Below are positions 10,616-21,015 of a stretch of 64,000 nucleotides of DNA, in pieces (position 1 is the first letter of the stretch; every line of letters begins with the position of its first letter). Source of the stretch: Fidelibacterota bacterium. GTDB lineage: Bacteria > Fidelibacterota > UBA8477 > JABMPR01. The position numbers and the translations under genes were made by a program. The stretch spans positions 12,291-76,290 of the forward strand of contig JAIPJM010000012.1 in NCBI GenBank assembly GCA_021734255.1, given 5' to 3'. Under the pieces are notes generated by a model. It did not search any database and was not told where the DNA came from. It worked only from the letters and a program-made list of their open reading frames with translations.

Positions 10616-11935
10616 ATGTCACCCAAAACCCTGACCATGATCACCGGGATAAGCCTATTACTAATATCCTGTGTTCAAAATAAACCACAGCCAACGCCTG
10701 CTGAGGGCAACCAACTAAAAACAGGAAGCGTGATCTTCATTCATCCCGATGGCGTCGGCGCAAACACCTGGAACGCGCTCCGCGCATTCAAGGTCGGACC
10801 GGATGCCATGCTGAACTGGGACCGCATGGAAAAGATGGGTGTCTACCGCAGCCACCAGCTGGATGTTCTCGGTACCAGCTCCAATGCCGGTGCAACTGCC
10901 CATGCCTTTGGCGTTAAGGCAGAATACGACGACTATGGGATCGACCCGGATCGACCGATCAATGCCCTTTCTGGAAAGCCCCTGAGTCTTATGCAAGAAG
11001 CGATGGCTGCGGGTATGTCAGTTGCAGCAATCAATACGGGTCACATCAACGAACCGGGCAGTGGTGTTTATCTGGCCAGCGCCAAATATCGTAAATACAA
11101 TGATGAGATCGCAGAGAAGATCATTCGCTCTGGCGCCGACATTCTTCTCAGTGGTGGTGAAAAATTTCTGCTCCCTGAAGGTGTGGAAGGACAGTTCGGA
11201 CCAGGTGGCAGGCAAGACAGTTTGAACCTGATCGAGGTCGCCCAGGCGAATGGCTACACCGTCGTTTATAATCGCACTGACTTTCTGGCACTACCCACCA
11301 ATGTGGAAAAGGTCCTTGGTGTTTTCGCGCATATTCACACCTTTGACGACCGTAGTGAAGAAGCGCTTGCCGCTGACAATTCCCCCATGTATTCACCCAA
11401 TGCTCCCAGTCTGGTGGAGATGATGGAGGTAAGCCTGCGGATCTTATCTTCGCGTCCCGAACCCTTCCTGATCGTCATGGAAGAAGAGGGCACTGATAAC
11501 TTTGGCAATCACCTGAACGCTACCGGGGTTTTCGAAGCCCTGGGTCGAGCCGATGACGCCATCGGTGTGGTTCTTGAGCATATCGAGGCTAACCCCAACA
11601 CACTGCTCGTGGTCGCTTCCGATAGTGATGCCGGGGGATTGCAGATCGATTTCATTAAAGAAAAAAATTATGGGAAACCTCTAGCTGCAAACACCTCGAG
11701 TGGGTCAGCCCTGGATGGGAAAGACGGGACAGGCTCCCTGCCCTTTACTGCTAAACCTGATCAATACGGAACTGAGTTTGAATTCAGTGTCTGCTGGTCA
11801 ACCAGCCACGATGTGTATGGGGGCGTCATTGCGAAAGCCCACGGTCTCAATGCATCCCGCCTACCCAATAATGTTGACAACACAGATATCTATCGTGTTA
11901 TGTATGCCACGCTTTTTGGAAAATGGCTACCGTAG
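10616..11935 (+). CDS. Alkaline phosphatase family lipoprotein (divergent metal ligands)
   Basis: Lipobox LISC; IFIHPDG, SSNAGATA nucleophile region, LSGG, KVLGVFA, VDNTDIY; AAGGAG RBS. Confidence 0.8.
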   Translation: MSPKTLTMITGISLLLISCVQNKPQPTPAEGNQLKTGSVIFIHPDGVGANTWNALRAFKVGPDAMLNWDRMEKMGVYRSHQLDVLGTSSNAGATAHAFGVKAEYDDYGIDPDRPINALSGKPLSLMQEAMAAGMSVAAINTGHINEPGSGVYLASAKYRKYNDEIAEKIIRSGADILLSGGEKFLLPEGVEGQFGPGGRQDSLNLIEVAQANGYTVVYNRTDFLALPTNVEKVLGVFAHIHTFDDRSEEALAADNSPMYSPNAPSLVEMMEVSLRILSSRPEPFLIVMEEEGTDNFGNHLNATGVFEALGRADDAIGVVLEHIEANPNTLLVVASDSDAGGLQIDFIKEKNYGKPLAANTSSGSALDGKDGTGSLPFTAKPDQYGTEFEFSVCWSTSHDVYGGVIAKAHGLNASRLPNNVDNTDIYRVMYATLFGKWLP

Positions 11936-12064
11936 TATACAAATCGAAGTATGACACCGTTCAGCGCAGACAGTTGCCCCTAAACGAAAGTCCAACTTTA
12001 ATCTTACTCGCCAACTAAATTGCCTTCTGTCCACATATAAAACCAGGCATAAGGGGTCTTCCAT

Positions 12065-12970
12065 ATGAATGCAATCAATCTTGACAGCATCACAAAATCC
12101 TTCGATGGATTTACGGCCGTGGATGCGCTCTCACTGCAGGTGCCAACGGGGAGTATCTATGGATTTATTGGCCCCAATGGATCTGGTAAAACGACGACGA
12201 TCCGTATGATCATGAATATCTTCTATCCCGACTCTGGAACTATTCAGATCTTTGGTGAACCCCGCAAAAAGAGCCACTCTGACCGCATCGGATACCTGCC
12301 TGAAGAACGCGGGCTGTATAAGAAAATGAAAGTGCGGGAGCTGCTCAAATTCTATGGGCAGCTCAAGATGGGACGTTCTGTCGCCAGCGAGGTAGACCTG
12401 TGGCTCGAAAAACTGGAGTTGAGTGAGTGGGGCGATAAGAAGGTTGAGGCCTTAAGCAAAGGCATGAGCCAGAAGGTTCAATTTATCGCTACCGTCATCG
12501 CCAACCCGGACCTGGTTATCCTGGATGAGCCCTTCAGTGGGTTGGATCCAGTGAATACCAATACGCTCCTGGAAGCCATGCTGGACCTACAAAAAAACGG
12601 CAAAACCGTCATTTTTAGCACCCATGACATGGCCACGGCAGAGAAGGTGTGTGACTATATATTCATGATCCATAAGGGTAAGAAGGTCCTGGACGGGACC
12701 CTCAATGAGATCCAGGACAAATATGGAAACGACACCCTACGGATACGCTGTGAGCAGGAAGCGCGCAGCCTGGAGTCCATTGATGGTATTGAAAAAGTTC
12801 ACAATTTCGGCCAGCAACAGGAGCTCAGGATGAGACAGGGGGTGGACCATCAGGACATTCTCAAGGAGTTGATGAAGTCAAACAAACTCATCAGCTTTGA
12901 GCTTATGAAGCCATCACTACACGATATTTTTGTGCGAATTGCCAAGGCTCCGGAGGTGGCAAATGTATAA
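12065..12970 (+). CDS. ABC transporter ATP-binding protein (NatA/YhaQ-like)
   Basis: GPNGSGKTT, LSKGMSQK, ILDEPFSGLDP, C-terminal PSLHDIF. Confidence 0.92.
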   Translation: MNAINLDSITKSFDGFTAVDALSLQVPTGSIYGFIGPNGSGKTTTIRMIMNIFYPDSGTIQIFGEPRKKSHSDRIGYLPEERGLYKKMKVRELLKFYGQLKMGRSVASEVDLWLEKLELSEWGDKKVEALSKGMSQKVQFIATVIANPDLVILDEPFSGLDPVNTNTLLEAMLDLQKNGKTVIFSTHDMATAEKVCDYIFMIHKGKKVLDGTLNEIQDKYGNDTLRIRCEQEARSLESIDGIEKVHNFGQQQELRMRQGVDHQDILKELMKSNKLISFELMKPSLHDIFVRIAKAPEVANV

Positions 12971-14273
12971 GGTACTGAGACTCACCTTACGCGAGTATGT
13001 GGCTGCGGTAAAGACAAAAGGCTTCATCATCGGATTACTTTTGGCCCCCGTTTTCATGAGCGGAAGTATTATTGCCATGGCTTTGTTAAAAGATCATGTG
13101 GATACCCGTGCCCGGAATATTGCTGTCATTGATCAGTCGGGACAACTCGTCCAGGTTATCGTTGAAGCAGCGGAGCACAGAAACCAGAACGAGATCTTTG
13201 ATGAGGAAACGGGTGAACAGATACAACCAGAATACCTCATCCAGCAATTGGAAACTGAAGCTGATCTTCAAGCCCAGCTCAGCGATCTCTCCAACCAGGT
13301 GCGGGAAGGAGCGTTGCATGCCTTCTTGCTTATTGAACCAAGTGTGGTGCATCCCAATGAGGATCCGGAAAATGCCCAGATCAATTATCACGCAGAAAGC
13401 GCCGCCCTGGACGATATCAGGGGCTGGTTGCGCTGGCCGATCAATAATGAGCTGCGACGGCTTAGGCTAAAAGAAGCCGGGGTTGAAGAAAGCGATATCC
13501 CTGACCTCTTTTTCTGGGTCAGTGTCAATGCCACTGGTCTGCTCGGCATGGATGAGGAAGGCAACATCATCGATGCTGAAGAGACCAATGAGGCACAGGC
13601 GATTGCGGCCCCACTTATCCTGGTCATGTTCATGTTTATGATGGCCATGATGGGAGCGATCCCCCAATTAAGTGCGGTTATGGAAGAGAAGACCCAGAGA
13701 ATTGCGGAAGTCCTGCTTGGCTCCATATCACCCTTTCAGTTCATGGCCGGCAAGGTACTTGGAGGGCTGGCTGTTGCCCTGACAAGCATTCTTGTTTATG
13801 TGGGCGGCGGTATCCTCTTCATGGAATGGCGTGGACTATCCAGCTATATTCCCTATGATGTCCTGCCCTGGTTTTTGGCTAATGCTGTTTTTCTGATCTT
13901 CATGCTGGGATCCATGATGACGGCTCTGGGATCAGTTGCCAATGACGCCAAAGACGCACAGTCACTCTCATTCCCGGCCTTACTGCCCATGATGATCCCC
14001 ATGTTCACCCTCGTGCCAGTCATGAAGGAACCCCTATCCAGTTTTTCCACCTGGCTGTCTCTCATTCCGCCATTTACACCCATGGTCATGACCCTTCGAT
14101 TATCCACACCAGTTACCATCCCAGCCTGGCAACCCTGGGTCGGTCTGATAGGTGTTATTCTTTTCACGCTTCTGGTCATGTGGGGTGGCGCCCGCATTTT
14201 CAGGACGGCTATTCTCATGCAAGGTGTACCACTTAAGTTTTCAAATATCATGAAATGGATGACAAAGGGCTAG
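12963..14273 (+). CDS. ABC-2 type permease (NatB/YhaP-like)
   Basis: ATG at 12963 after GGAGG; EEKTQRIAEVLL, MAGKVLG, SLIPPFTP; multiple TM segments. Confidence 0.88.
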   Translation: MYKVLRLTLREYVAAVKTKGFIIGLLLAPVFMSGSIIAMALLKDHVDTRARNIAVIDQSGQLVQVIVEAAEHRNQNEIFDEETGEQIQPEYLIQQLETEADLQAQLSDLSNQVREGALHAFLLIEPSVVHPNEDPENAQINYHAESAALDDIRGWLRWPINNELRRLRLKEAGVEESDIPDLFFWVSVNATGLLGMDEEGNIIDAEETNEAQAIAAPLILVMFMFMMAMMGAIPQLSAVMEEKTQRIAEVLLGSISPFQFMAGKVLGGLAVALTSILVYVGGGILFMEWRGLSSYIPYDVLPWFLANAVFLIFMLGSMMTALGSVANDAKDAQSLSFPALLPMMIPMFTLVPVMKEPLSSFSTWLSLIPPFTPMVMTLRLSTPVTIPAWQPWVGLIGVILFTLLVMWGGARIFRTAILMQGVPLKFSNIMKWMTKG

Positions 14274-14281
14274 GAGGAAAT

Positions 14282-14818
14282 ATGCCTGTACAAGCCACAA
14301 TTATCTGGGAGAAAATTAAGGGGAAAACCAGAACCTTTGGTTTCAAGTACAGCTCAAAAATTGAAGGTATCATTAAACAAAAAGGTCTCTGGAGCACAGA
14401 GTGTACCGGTACGATTGGTAATCGGGAGATCGTGATCAAGCGTGATCATTTGAATAAGCGCTACCTGCGCATCTATGATGCGAAATCAGAAAAGACCCTG
14501 GCCAGGATCCGCGTGTACTGGAAAGATTTTCAGCGAAACCGGCTGGAATTTGAAGATGGCAAAGTGTACTACTTCAAGTCCTATGATCTTTTCCGGGGTG
14601 CCTGGAGTTGGGTGGGCGAGGACTCCCAACTTGAACAATTCATCTTCCGTGTTGATGGTCTCATGCATCGATCTGGACTGATTGAGGATAAATCAAAAGA
14701 CCTCTCAGCTCTGGAAAGAGATGTGCTACTGCTGTTGGGGTTGAATCTTCAGCGCTTCTACAATGTTTGGTTGATGACCATTGCTATCATTCTGATACTG
14801 ATCATCACCGACCACTAA
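14282..14818 (+). CDS. Hypothetical protein with C-terminal membrane anchor
   Basis: AGGAGG RBS before ATG 14282; beta-rich body and hydrophobic C-terminus. Confidence 0.7.
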   Translation: MPVQATIIWEKIKGKTRTFGFKYSSKIEGIIKQKGLWSTECTGTIGNREIVIKRDHLNKRYLRIYDAKSEKTLARIRVYWKDFQRNRLEFEDGKVYYFKSYDLFRGAWSWVGEDSQLEQFIFRVDGLMHRSGLIEDKSKDLSALERDVLLLLGLNLQRFYNVWLMTIAIILILIITDH

Positions 14819-14933
14819 GTCCAAAGCGGCCGGGGAACCTCAGAATAATCACAGCCTAGACGATACTTGGTGCAGCTGATTGTAGGATCAGCTGCAATAT
14901 CTCTGTTGATTGACCCGCTACTGAAAGCGGGAG

Positions 14934-16463
14934 CTATTCGCCAGTTACCTTGTGCCAGACATTTCCTACAATCAATGTCACGGTGGTTCCGATCAGCGTA
15001 TACCAGGTCCAATTAACCAAGGCTGGTTTCCCCAGAAACATGGGAATCAGAATGATCATTAGCATTACAACGATCCCAGCTGTAAATCCAACAATGGCAC
15101 TGGTCTGCTTGGGACCTTTAAAGAGCACACCCAGCAGGAAGGTCCCCAGTAATCCACCGTAGGTAATGCTGGCGATCCCCAGCGCGATCTCCACGACTGA
15201 AGCCAGCACATTGATGAACAGTAGGGCCACCGACGACAGGACAACGGCCCAGAAAATGGTTAGCATTCTGGAAACCCATAGATCCTTTGTTTCGCTGGTG
15301 TTCTTGCCAAAATAGGGTTTGTATAGATCCATCATGGCCGAGGATGACAGGGAACTCATGCTACCTGCCAGGGTTGACATGGCGGCCGCAAATAAGCCGG
15401 CAATGATAAACCCTTTGACACCGGTGGGCATGTAATTGATGATGAAGAAGGGGAATATTTCATCTGCTTTATGGAATGGTGCTGTTCCAGCCGCCATGTC
15501 CATACCTTTGATCTGAAAAAAGACATATAAGAGTACGCCTACGGTCAAGAAAAGTGCGAACTGGAACATGACGATCACACCACTACCGATGAGGGCTTTT
15601 TTGCTGTCTTTCAAATTTCTGGTTGTCAAGAGCCGCTGGACGATCAGCTGGTCGGTTCCATGCGAGGCCATGGATAGGAAAGTCCCTCCGATAAGCGAAT
15701 TGATCAGCGTGTAGGGCTGTCGGAAGAATTCACCGATACTGGCACCCAGATCTAAATTGAACACTTTGAATTTATTGACGGGTCCAGCCACCTCGATAAC
15801 GGTACTCCACCCATTCGGCAGGGCTCTGAGGATCAAAATACCAGCCAGGAGAGCGCCACCGATGTAAATGATCATCTGAATAAAATCCACCCAGATGATA
15901 CCCTTTACACCGCCTGTGTAGGTATAGATCAGCGTGACGATAGCAATGATAATGATCGAAAGTACGTATATCTCCATGTTCGACCAATTAGCAAAGTAGG
16001 CCGATGTTTTAAAAATAACGGCGATCGGAATAGCAGTAGCAAACAAGCGTACACCATCAGCTGCAACACGGGTGAAGAGAAACACGGTGGAGGCGTAGCT
16101 GCGGGTCTGGTGTCCGAATCTGTTTTCCAACAATTGATATGCAGTACTCAGATTGCCCGTTTTATATGCTGGCAGAAATATGAAACTCACAATGACGCGA
16201 GCGATCAGGTAGCCGATGGTCAACTGCAGAAAGGTCAAGTTAGTCATATAGGCCAGGCCGGGGATGCTGATAAATGTCAATGTGCTGGTTTCGGCGGCAA
16301 CAATGGCAAAGGTCACGGCCCACCAGGGGATATTCGACCCGCCCATGAAATAGTCTTTGATACTCCGTTGTTTACCACCGGAGAAACTTCCAATAATCGC
16401 GATGACCATCAGGTAGCCAACAACGATGAAAACATCCAGTGCCTGAAAACCACTATTCTCCAC
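14934..16463 (-). CDS. Sodium:solute symporter (SSS family)
   Basis: DYFMGG..PWW, AETSTLTFISIPG, DQLIVQRLL, AAAMSTL; GAGGAGG RBS. Confidence 0.93.
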   Translation of the reverse strand: MENSGFQALDVFIVVGYLMVIAIIGSFSGGKQRSIKDYFMGGSNIPWWAVTFAIVAAETSTLTFISIPGLAYMTNLTFLQLTIGYLIARVIVSFIFLPAYKTGNLSTAYQLLENRFGHQTRSYASTVFLFTRVAADGVRLFATAIPIAVIFKTSAYFANWSNMEIYVLSIIIIAIVTLIYTYTGGVKGIIWVDFIQMIIYIGGALLAGILILRALPNGWSTVIEVAGPVNKFKVFNLDLGASIGEFFRQPYTLINSLIGGTFLSMASHGTDQLIVQRLLTTRNLKDSKKALIGSGVIVMFQFALFLTVGVLLYVFFQIKGMDMAAGTAPFHKADEIFPFFIINYMPTGVKGFIIAGLFAAAMSTLAGSMSSLSSSAMMDLYKPYFGKNTSETKDLWVSRMLTIFWAVVLSSVALLFINVLASVVEIALGIASITYGGLLGTFLLGVLFKGPKQTSAIVGFTAGIVVMLMIILIPMFLGKPALVNWTWYTLIGTTVTLIVGNVWHKVTGE

Positions 16464-16591
16464 AACAACCTCCTCTTTTCATCCAACACACGTCAATAGT
16501 TTTTGTATTTAACCTGAGCAAACAGCTTTGTTTCTCTGCCGCCTCAATCGTTCTGCACTCAATTTTTTGGTTGCCACATCAGAGAGTGTGG

Positions 16592-17068
16592 CTAGCTGGA
16601 AGCCTTCAAATATTTTTCTAAATATTCAAGGGCTTCCCTATATGAATCCACCTTTTTTCCCAGGAACTGGGCGAGGCAGACCTCCTTGGTCACAGAGGTC
16701 TTGCGGAAATCCTCCCGTGCATATATGTCTGAGAGATGCACCTCAACGACAGGAACCTGAATCCCGTCGATAGCATCCCGGATAGCATAGGAATAGTGGG
16801 TTAACGCACCGGGGTTGATAATGAAAGCATCAGCCCATTTACGGCGTCGATGGAGTGTATCAATGATCCGACCTTCGTAATTGGTCTGTATGATCCGGAT
16901 TTCCAGACCCAACTCCCTGGCCTTTTTGCGAATGGCTGAATTGACCTTGTCCAGGGTGAGTGTACCGTATTGTTCAGGATCCCGATTGCCTAAAAGGTTC
17001 AGGTTGGGTCCATGGATGATGAAGATGCGCTTCAGATCCACCCGCTTGATCTTTGATTGGTCTGCCAT
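16592..17068 (-). CDS. aroQ: Type II 3-dehydroquinate dehydratase
   Basis: HGPNLNLLGNRDPEQYG, INPGALTHYSYAIRDAI, VEVHLSDIYAREDFR. Confidence 0.96.
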   Translation of the reverse strand: MADQSKIKRVDLKRIFIIHGPNLNLLGNRDPEQYGTLTLDKVNSAIRKKARELGLEIRIIQTNYEGRIIDTLHRRRKWADAFIINPGALTHYSYAIRDAIDGIQVPVVEVHLSDIYAREDFRKTSVTKEVCLAQFLGKKVDSYREALEYLEKYLKASS

Positions 17069-17104
17069 GTTACAATCTAAGCGTAGCAGAAAAGAACTGC
17101 ATAA

Positions 17105-17134
17105 ATAAAAAAGGCTCTGTTAAAAACAGAGCCT
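17105..17134 (-). terminator. Rho-independent terminator
   Basis: aggctctgtt/aacagagcct stem followed by a T-run on the minus strand. Confidence 0.75.
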
Positions 17135-17154
17135 GTGAATTCAAATGAATCTGA

Positions 17155-17892
17155 TCAACTCTTGGTGGCCAGTGTTCCTTCTTCCAGGATAACATCGTAT
17201 TGATAGCCGGCTCCAAAATCTTTATTCAAAACCACGGTACCCATGAAAACGACCTCATCACCCACTTTTACCGTTTCCTTGGTTGTCAGGGTAACATCGA
17301 AATTGTCGCCGTGTTTGGTACCATCCTGTAGGTGCACCCAGTTTCTACCCATGATATTGGCGTTAAACTTGGTCACCTTGGCTCTAATGCTCACGGTTTT
17401 GCCGGCATACTTGCCAGGAGAAGCAAAGAGTTCAGCAACGGTTACACCGTCAGATAGTTTGTCCACAGCGATATTGGATTGCTGCTGGATATCTTCACCA
17501 CCATAGGGTGAAACTGAATGTCCTGTCCTGGTCATAGTACTATTTTCAGACTTCAAGAGACCAACAAACCACAAGGATTCGAATGTGCGGTCCAGCTCTT
17601 TTACTTCAAAGTCCTTCATCTCCATTCCCTCGTCAAAGTAGAGAGTCATCCCCACTTCAACAGGTTGATTGGTCGTAGCGATCCAGTACTCTTTTCCATC
17701 TTCTGTCACCCTGAGGTACATGTAAGAGGGAGCCATGACCACTTCTTCCACATGGATCTTGTGACCAGCTGCCATGGCGGCTTCTTTTGCAGCAGGTTGG
17801 CCTGCATCCGTTGCTTCCACTCGTTCTTTGGAGTCGCAAGCGACCAAAACCATGAGAGCAAGCACGAGAATCATTAATATTTTTAAGCGCAT
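17155..17892 (-). CDS. Lipoprotein with two OB-fold-like domains (NrfJ-like)
   Basis: Lipobox LVAC; YMYL..E.WIA; IMGRNWVHLQDGT; KDFGAGY.Y. Confidence 0.7.
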   Translation of the reverse strand: MRLKILMILVLALMVLVACDSKERVEATDAGQPAAKEAAMAAGHKIHVEEVVMAPSYMYLRVTEDGKEYWIATTNQPVEVGMTLYFDEGMEMKDFEVKELDRTFESLWFVGLLKSENSTMTRTGHSVSPYGGEDIQQQSNIAVDKLSDGVTVAELFASPGKYAGKTVSIRAKVTKFNANIMGRNWVHLQDGTKHGDNFDVTLTTKETVKVGDEVVFMGTVVLNKDFGAGYQYDVILEEGTLATKS

Positions 17893-17943
17893 AAAGTCAC
17901 TCCATTTTTTGACCCGAGATTATAGGCTAGAAATGACCGAATA

Positions 17944-18546
17944 TCAGGCAGAATTTTCAGTAGCGTCGGATATTATGTTTTCGGCATGTTTTTGTAGTTG
18001 TGGAAAGAACGCTAAAAATCCTTTTTCAATATCAGCATACATCCGATCAATCTCTTCTACGATGCCATGAAACTTATGCTGCATGCGTAGCCGACCTGCC
18101 AGGCCATCCAAAGCCCTGCCGACACCTTCAAGCTCTGTATAGCTTTTGATCCAGTTTCGGCTGATCATCCAGCTCACCACCATTTCCATGCGCTCCGGCA
18201 TGAGATCACGATGTCGCCAGAGGGCATCGTAACACTCACTCACATAAGCGTCTATATTAGGATCATGATGAATGTGGGACCAATTCCGTATCAGAAAGTG
18301 GTCAAATACAACATCCAGAGCGATTCCAGAAAAACGTCTGCGTTCCTTCGTGAATTTAGCTCTAAGTTCCCGAATGATCGGATGCGAGTCTGTATAGACA
18401 TCGATTGCCTGATGCAGGCGAATACCTTCCTGGACAGGGAAAGGCAGGTGTTCGGGTTCCACGTCCCTGACGAAATCACCCATGATGTTTCCCAGTCGGG
18501 ACAGGTCATCGTCAGGAGAGAGGTAAAGATGGGCGAGATAATTCAT
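17944..18546 (-). CDS. acpH: ACP phosphodiesterase
   Basis: MNYLAHLYLS, GDFV, GIRLHQAIDVYTDSHP, DVVFDHFL. Confidence 0.9.
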   Translation of the reverse strand: MNYLAHLYLSPDDDLSRLGNIMGDFVRDVEPEHLPFPVQEGIRLHQAIDVYTDSHPIIRELRAKFTKERRRFSGIALDVVFDHFLIRNWSHIHHDPNIDAYVSECYDALWRHRDLMPERMEMVVSWMISRNWIKSYTELEGVGRALDGLAGRLRMQHKFHGIVEEIDRMYADIEKGFLAFFPQLQKHAENIISDATENSA

Positions 18547-18633
18547 TCACCCTATTCTAATCAGAAACTGTTACTAATAAAGTCTCAATTTCCAGCTATA
18601 CACTCACGTAAATGGTCTGATACTGTGGGTCAA

Positions 18634-21015
18634 TTAAAACTGAATCTTATAACTTAAAGAAGGAACAACAATTGCTTCTTCCACCAATTTGACATCGCCT
18701 GATTTATAGTCATAATCGTAATATGAGAAGCTTGTGCTTCCTAAAACATTCATAACCTGCAGCGCCCAGACACTTGAATATGCCTTCGTATTCTTCCTGT
18801 AGGTCACACTCATGTCCAGTGTGATCTTATCTGCTTCCCGCTCCTCAAAAGCTCTTGATTCATCAAGGACAGCCGCTTGCGAGGCAATCGTTGCTGCCAC
18901 ATTGACAGGACTTCTTCGTTCACCCCCACTGGCTTTCAACTTGACATTAAGACCCAAAATGTTTTGTCGCCTTTTCCCCGTCCGAAACTCTGTCCCCAAC
19001 AGACCATTGACCACATAAGCGGATGCATAGCGACTATCTCTTTCAATCCCATCACCTCCAACTGCTTTTGATTCAAAGATCGAAGCCGTGACCAAATAGT
19101 ACATCCCTCTGTTCAGAAATCTTTCCAGGGTGATGTCCAGGCCATAATTTTTCCCGGTACCCTTATTCACCAGGGGATTATTAAAGGTAAGGTCCTGCTT
19201 GAAACTCAGCATTGAAAAGGAACTATCCTGGATAACCGGGACATTGTATGCCATTTGCAGATAGGGCTCGACCTTCAGCCTCAAGATGGTGGATAGCTGT
19301 TGCTGGTAACCAAAAACAAGATGATGTGCCCGTGATAATTCCAGATCCCTATTCGGCTGGCTTCGTTCTCCAGTCACCTGGTGTTCAATAAAATAGATCC
19401 TCAGTTCTTCAAGCTGACTATGGTTTCCATATCCTAAACTGAAGCTGCGAATTGGATCCACTTTCCAGTCAAATCCCAGCCTGGGTTCAATTGACACATC
19501 TGAATTCGTACTAAAATATTGAGCATGTACGCCGGCATTCAACTTCAGCGAGGGACTCAGATCGAATCTGGACTGTGAATAGACCTGCACCAGGTTTGCG
19601 CTCTCCTCCTGATCGACCAGGGTTGTAAGAGGCAGGCTATTGGCAATGGCGGCTTGCTGATCAAATTGAAAATTCAAGCGGTTGAAAACCAGACCCGTTC
19701 GATTGGTATGTCTGCGCTGGAGGCGTGTATTCAGAAATGTAGAAAATGTCAATTCACCTGAATTGTTTTCAGCGATATAGTTATCCTGCAGTATGAGATC
19801 ATCATCCAGGCGATACATGTTCATCGATGATAGCTGCCGGGTACTGGCGAGGCTTGATTTGATGTATGCGTTTGTATTAAGCAAATATTTGTGGTTGAAC
19901 CCGATGGCATTCATACCCATTTCAAGATCATAAGCAATGCGGTCCCAGGCTGTCTCCCACTTGCTTGAGTCTGCTTGTTCATACTCTTCATTCCGGTCTC
20001 TGGCTCCAATGCCCCACAGTGAGAACTTGCCATAGCTGCGGGTAGGGACCGTTATCTTGAAGGCCAGGTCTGAGTACTCGGGAACTTGTTCAGAGGGGAT
20101 GAGCGGTTTGATCAGGGCAAAGGTGGAATAGCGATAGTTGAAGATATAAGAAGCATTTTCCAGCCCGCGAATTGGACCCTCCGCTGCCATATCCAGGCCC
20201 AGGATCCCCGCCTGAAAGGTGTATTCCTGTTTCTCCCGATTGCCTTCTCGTATGCGCATATCGAATACACCTGCCAGTGCATTTCCATATTCAGCAGGAA
20301 AGGCACCTGTGTAGAAGTCAGAATTGTCCAGAACATGACTGCTCAGAACAGAGACAAAACCTCCACCGGCAACATTCACATCAGGAAAATGGTTGGGACT
20401 CGGAATCCGTACACCTTCGATCTGCCACAACAAACCTTTGCCAGAATTTCCCCTTACTATAATAGCATTGTCTTGTGGGGCGCCAGTTGTAACACCAGCA
20501 AATGATGCTGCCAGACGGGCAGGATCATCCATCCCACCGGCATAGCGACGAGCCTCCTCCACAGTAAAGGTTCTGGCACTTACCGTTGCCATGGAATTTC
20601 TTGGGATCTCTTTTCCTTTCGTTCCTTCAACCACGACCTCATCGACAGAAATACTGGATGCCTGGAGCTGAATGTTTAAAACAACCTCTTTCGCGGAACT
20701 CAGCAAAATTTCCCGCGCCACGAAGGATTCATAACCAATGTAGGTGATCATTATATCATAGCGGCCTACTGGCAATCGATCTATCCAGAAGGCTCCTTCA
20801 GAATTGCTCATGGCACCTGTGGCCGGTTCGAAATTCAGAACGACAACATTTGCTCCAAACAGTGGCGTCTGCGTTTCCTGGTCTAAAATCGTTCCTTTGA
20901 TCGTCTGAGTAAGTGGCTGTGCGAAAAGCAAATTGCCGCCAAGGACCACCAGCATCGTGGCGCTGTGAATGAGTCTTGCTTTTCCGGTCAACAAAAACTT
21001 CAAAAACGTGTTCAT
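18634..21015 (-). CDS. TonB-dependent receptor with N-terminal CarboxypepD_reg-like domain
   Basis: Signal peptide, IKGTILDQETQTPLFGANV, plug DPARLA..FAGV..NAIIVRGN, FPAEYGNAL, terminal F. Confidence 0.9.
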   Translation of the reverse strand: MNTFLKFLLTGKARLIHSATMLVVLGGNLLFAQPLTQTIKGTILDQETQTPLFGANVVVLNFEPATGAMSNSEGAFWIDRLPVGRYDIMITYIGYESFVAREILLSSAKEVVLNIQLQASSISVDEVVVEGTKGKEIPRNSMATVSARTFTVEEARRYAGGMDDPARLAASFAGVTTGAPQDNAIIVRGNSGKGLLWQIEGVRIPSPNHFPDVNVAGGGFVSVLSSHVLDNSDFYTGAFPAEYGNALAGVFDMRIREGNREKQEYTFQAGILGLDMAAEGPIRGLENASYIFNYRYSTFALIKPLIPSEQVPEYSDLAFKITVPTRSYGKFSLWGIGARDRNEEYEQADSSKWETAWDRIAYDLEMGMNAIGFNHKYLLNTNAYIKSSLASTRQLSSMNMYRLDDDLILQDNYIAENNSGELTFSTFLNTRLQRRHTNRTGLVFNRLNFQFDQQAAIANSLPLTTLVDQEESANLVQVYSQSRFDLSPSLKLNAGVHAQYFSTNSDVSIEPRLGFDWKVDPIRSFSLGYGNHSQLEELRIYFIEHQVTGERSQPNRDLELSRAHHLVFGYQQQLSTILRLKVEPYLQMAYNVPVIQDSSFSMLSFKQDLTFNNPLVNKGTGKNYGLDITLERFLNRGMYYLVTASIFESKAVGGDGIERDSRYASAYVVNGLLGTEFRTGKRRQNILGLNVKLKASGGERRSPVNVAATIASQAAVLDESRAFEEREADKITLDMSVTYRKNTKAYSSVWALQVMNVLGSTSFSYYDYDYKSGDVKLVEEAIVVPSLSYKIQF

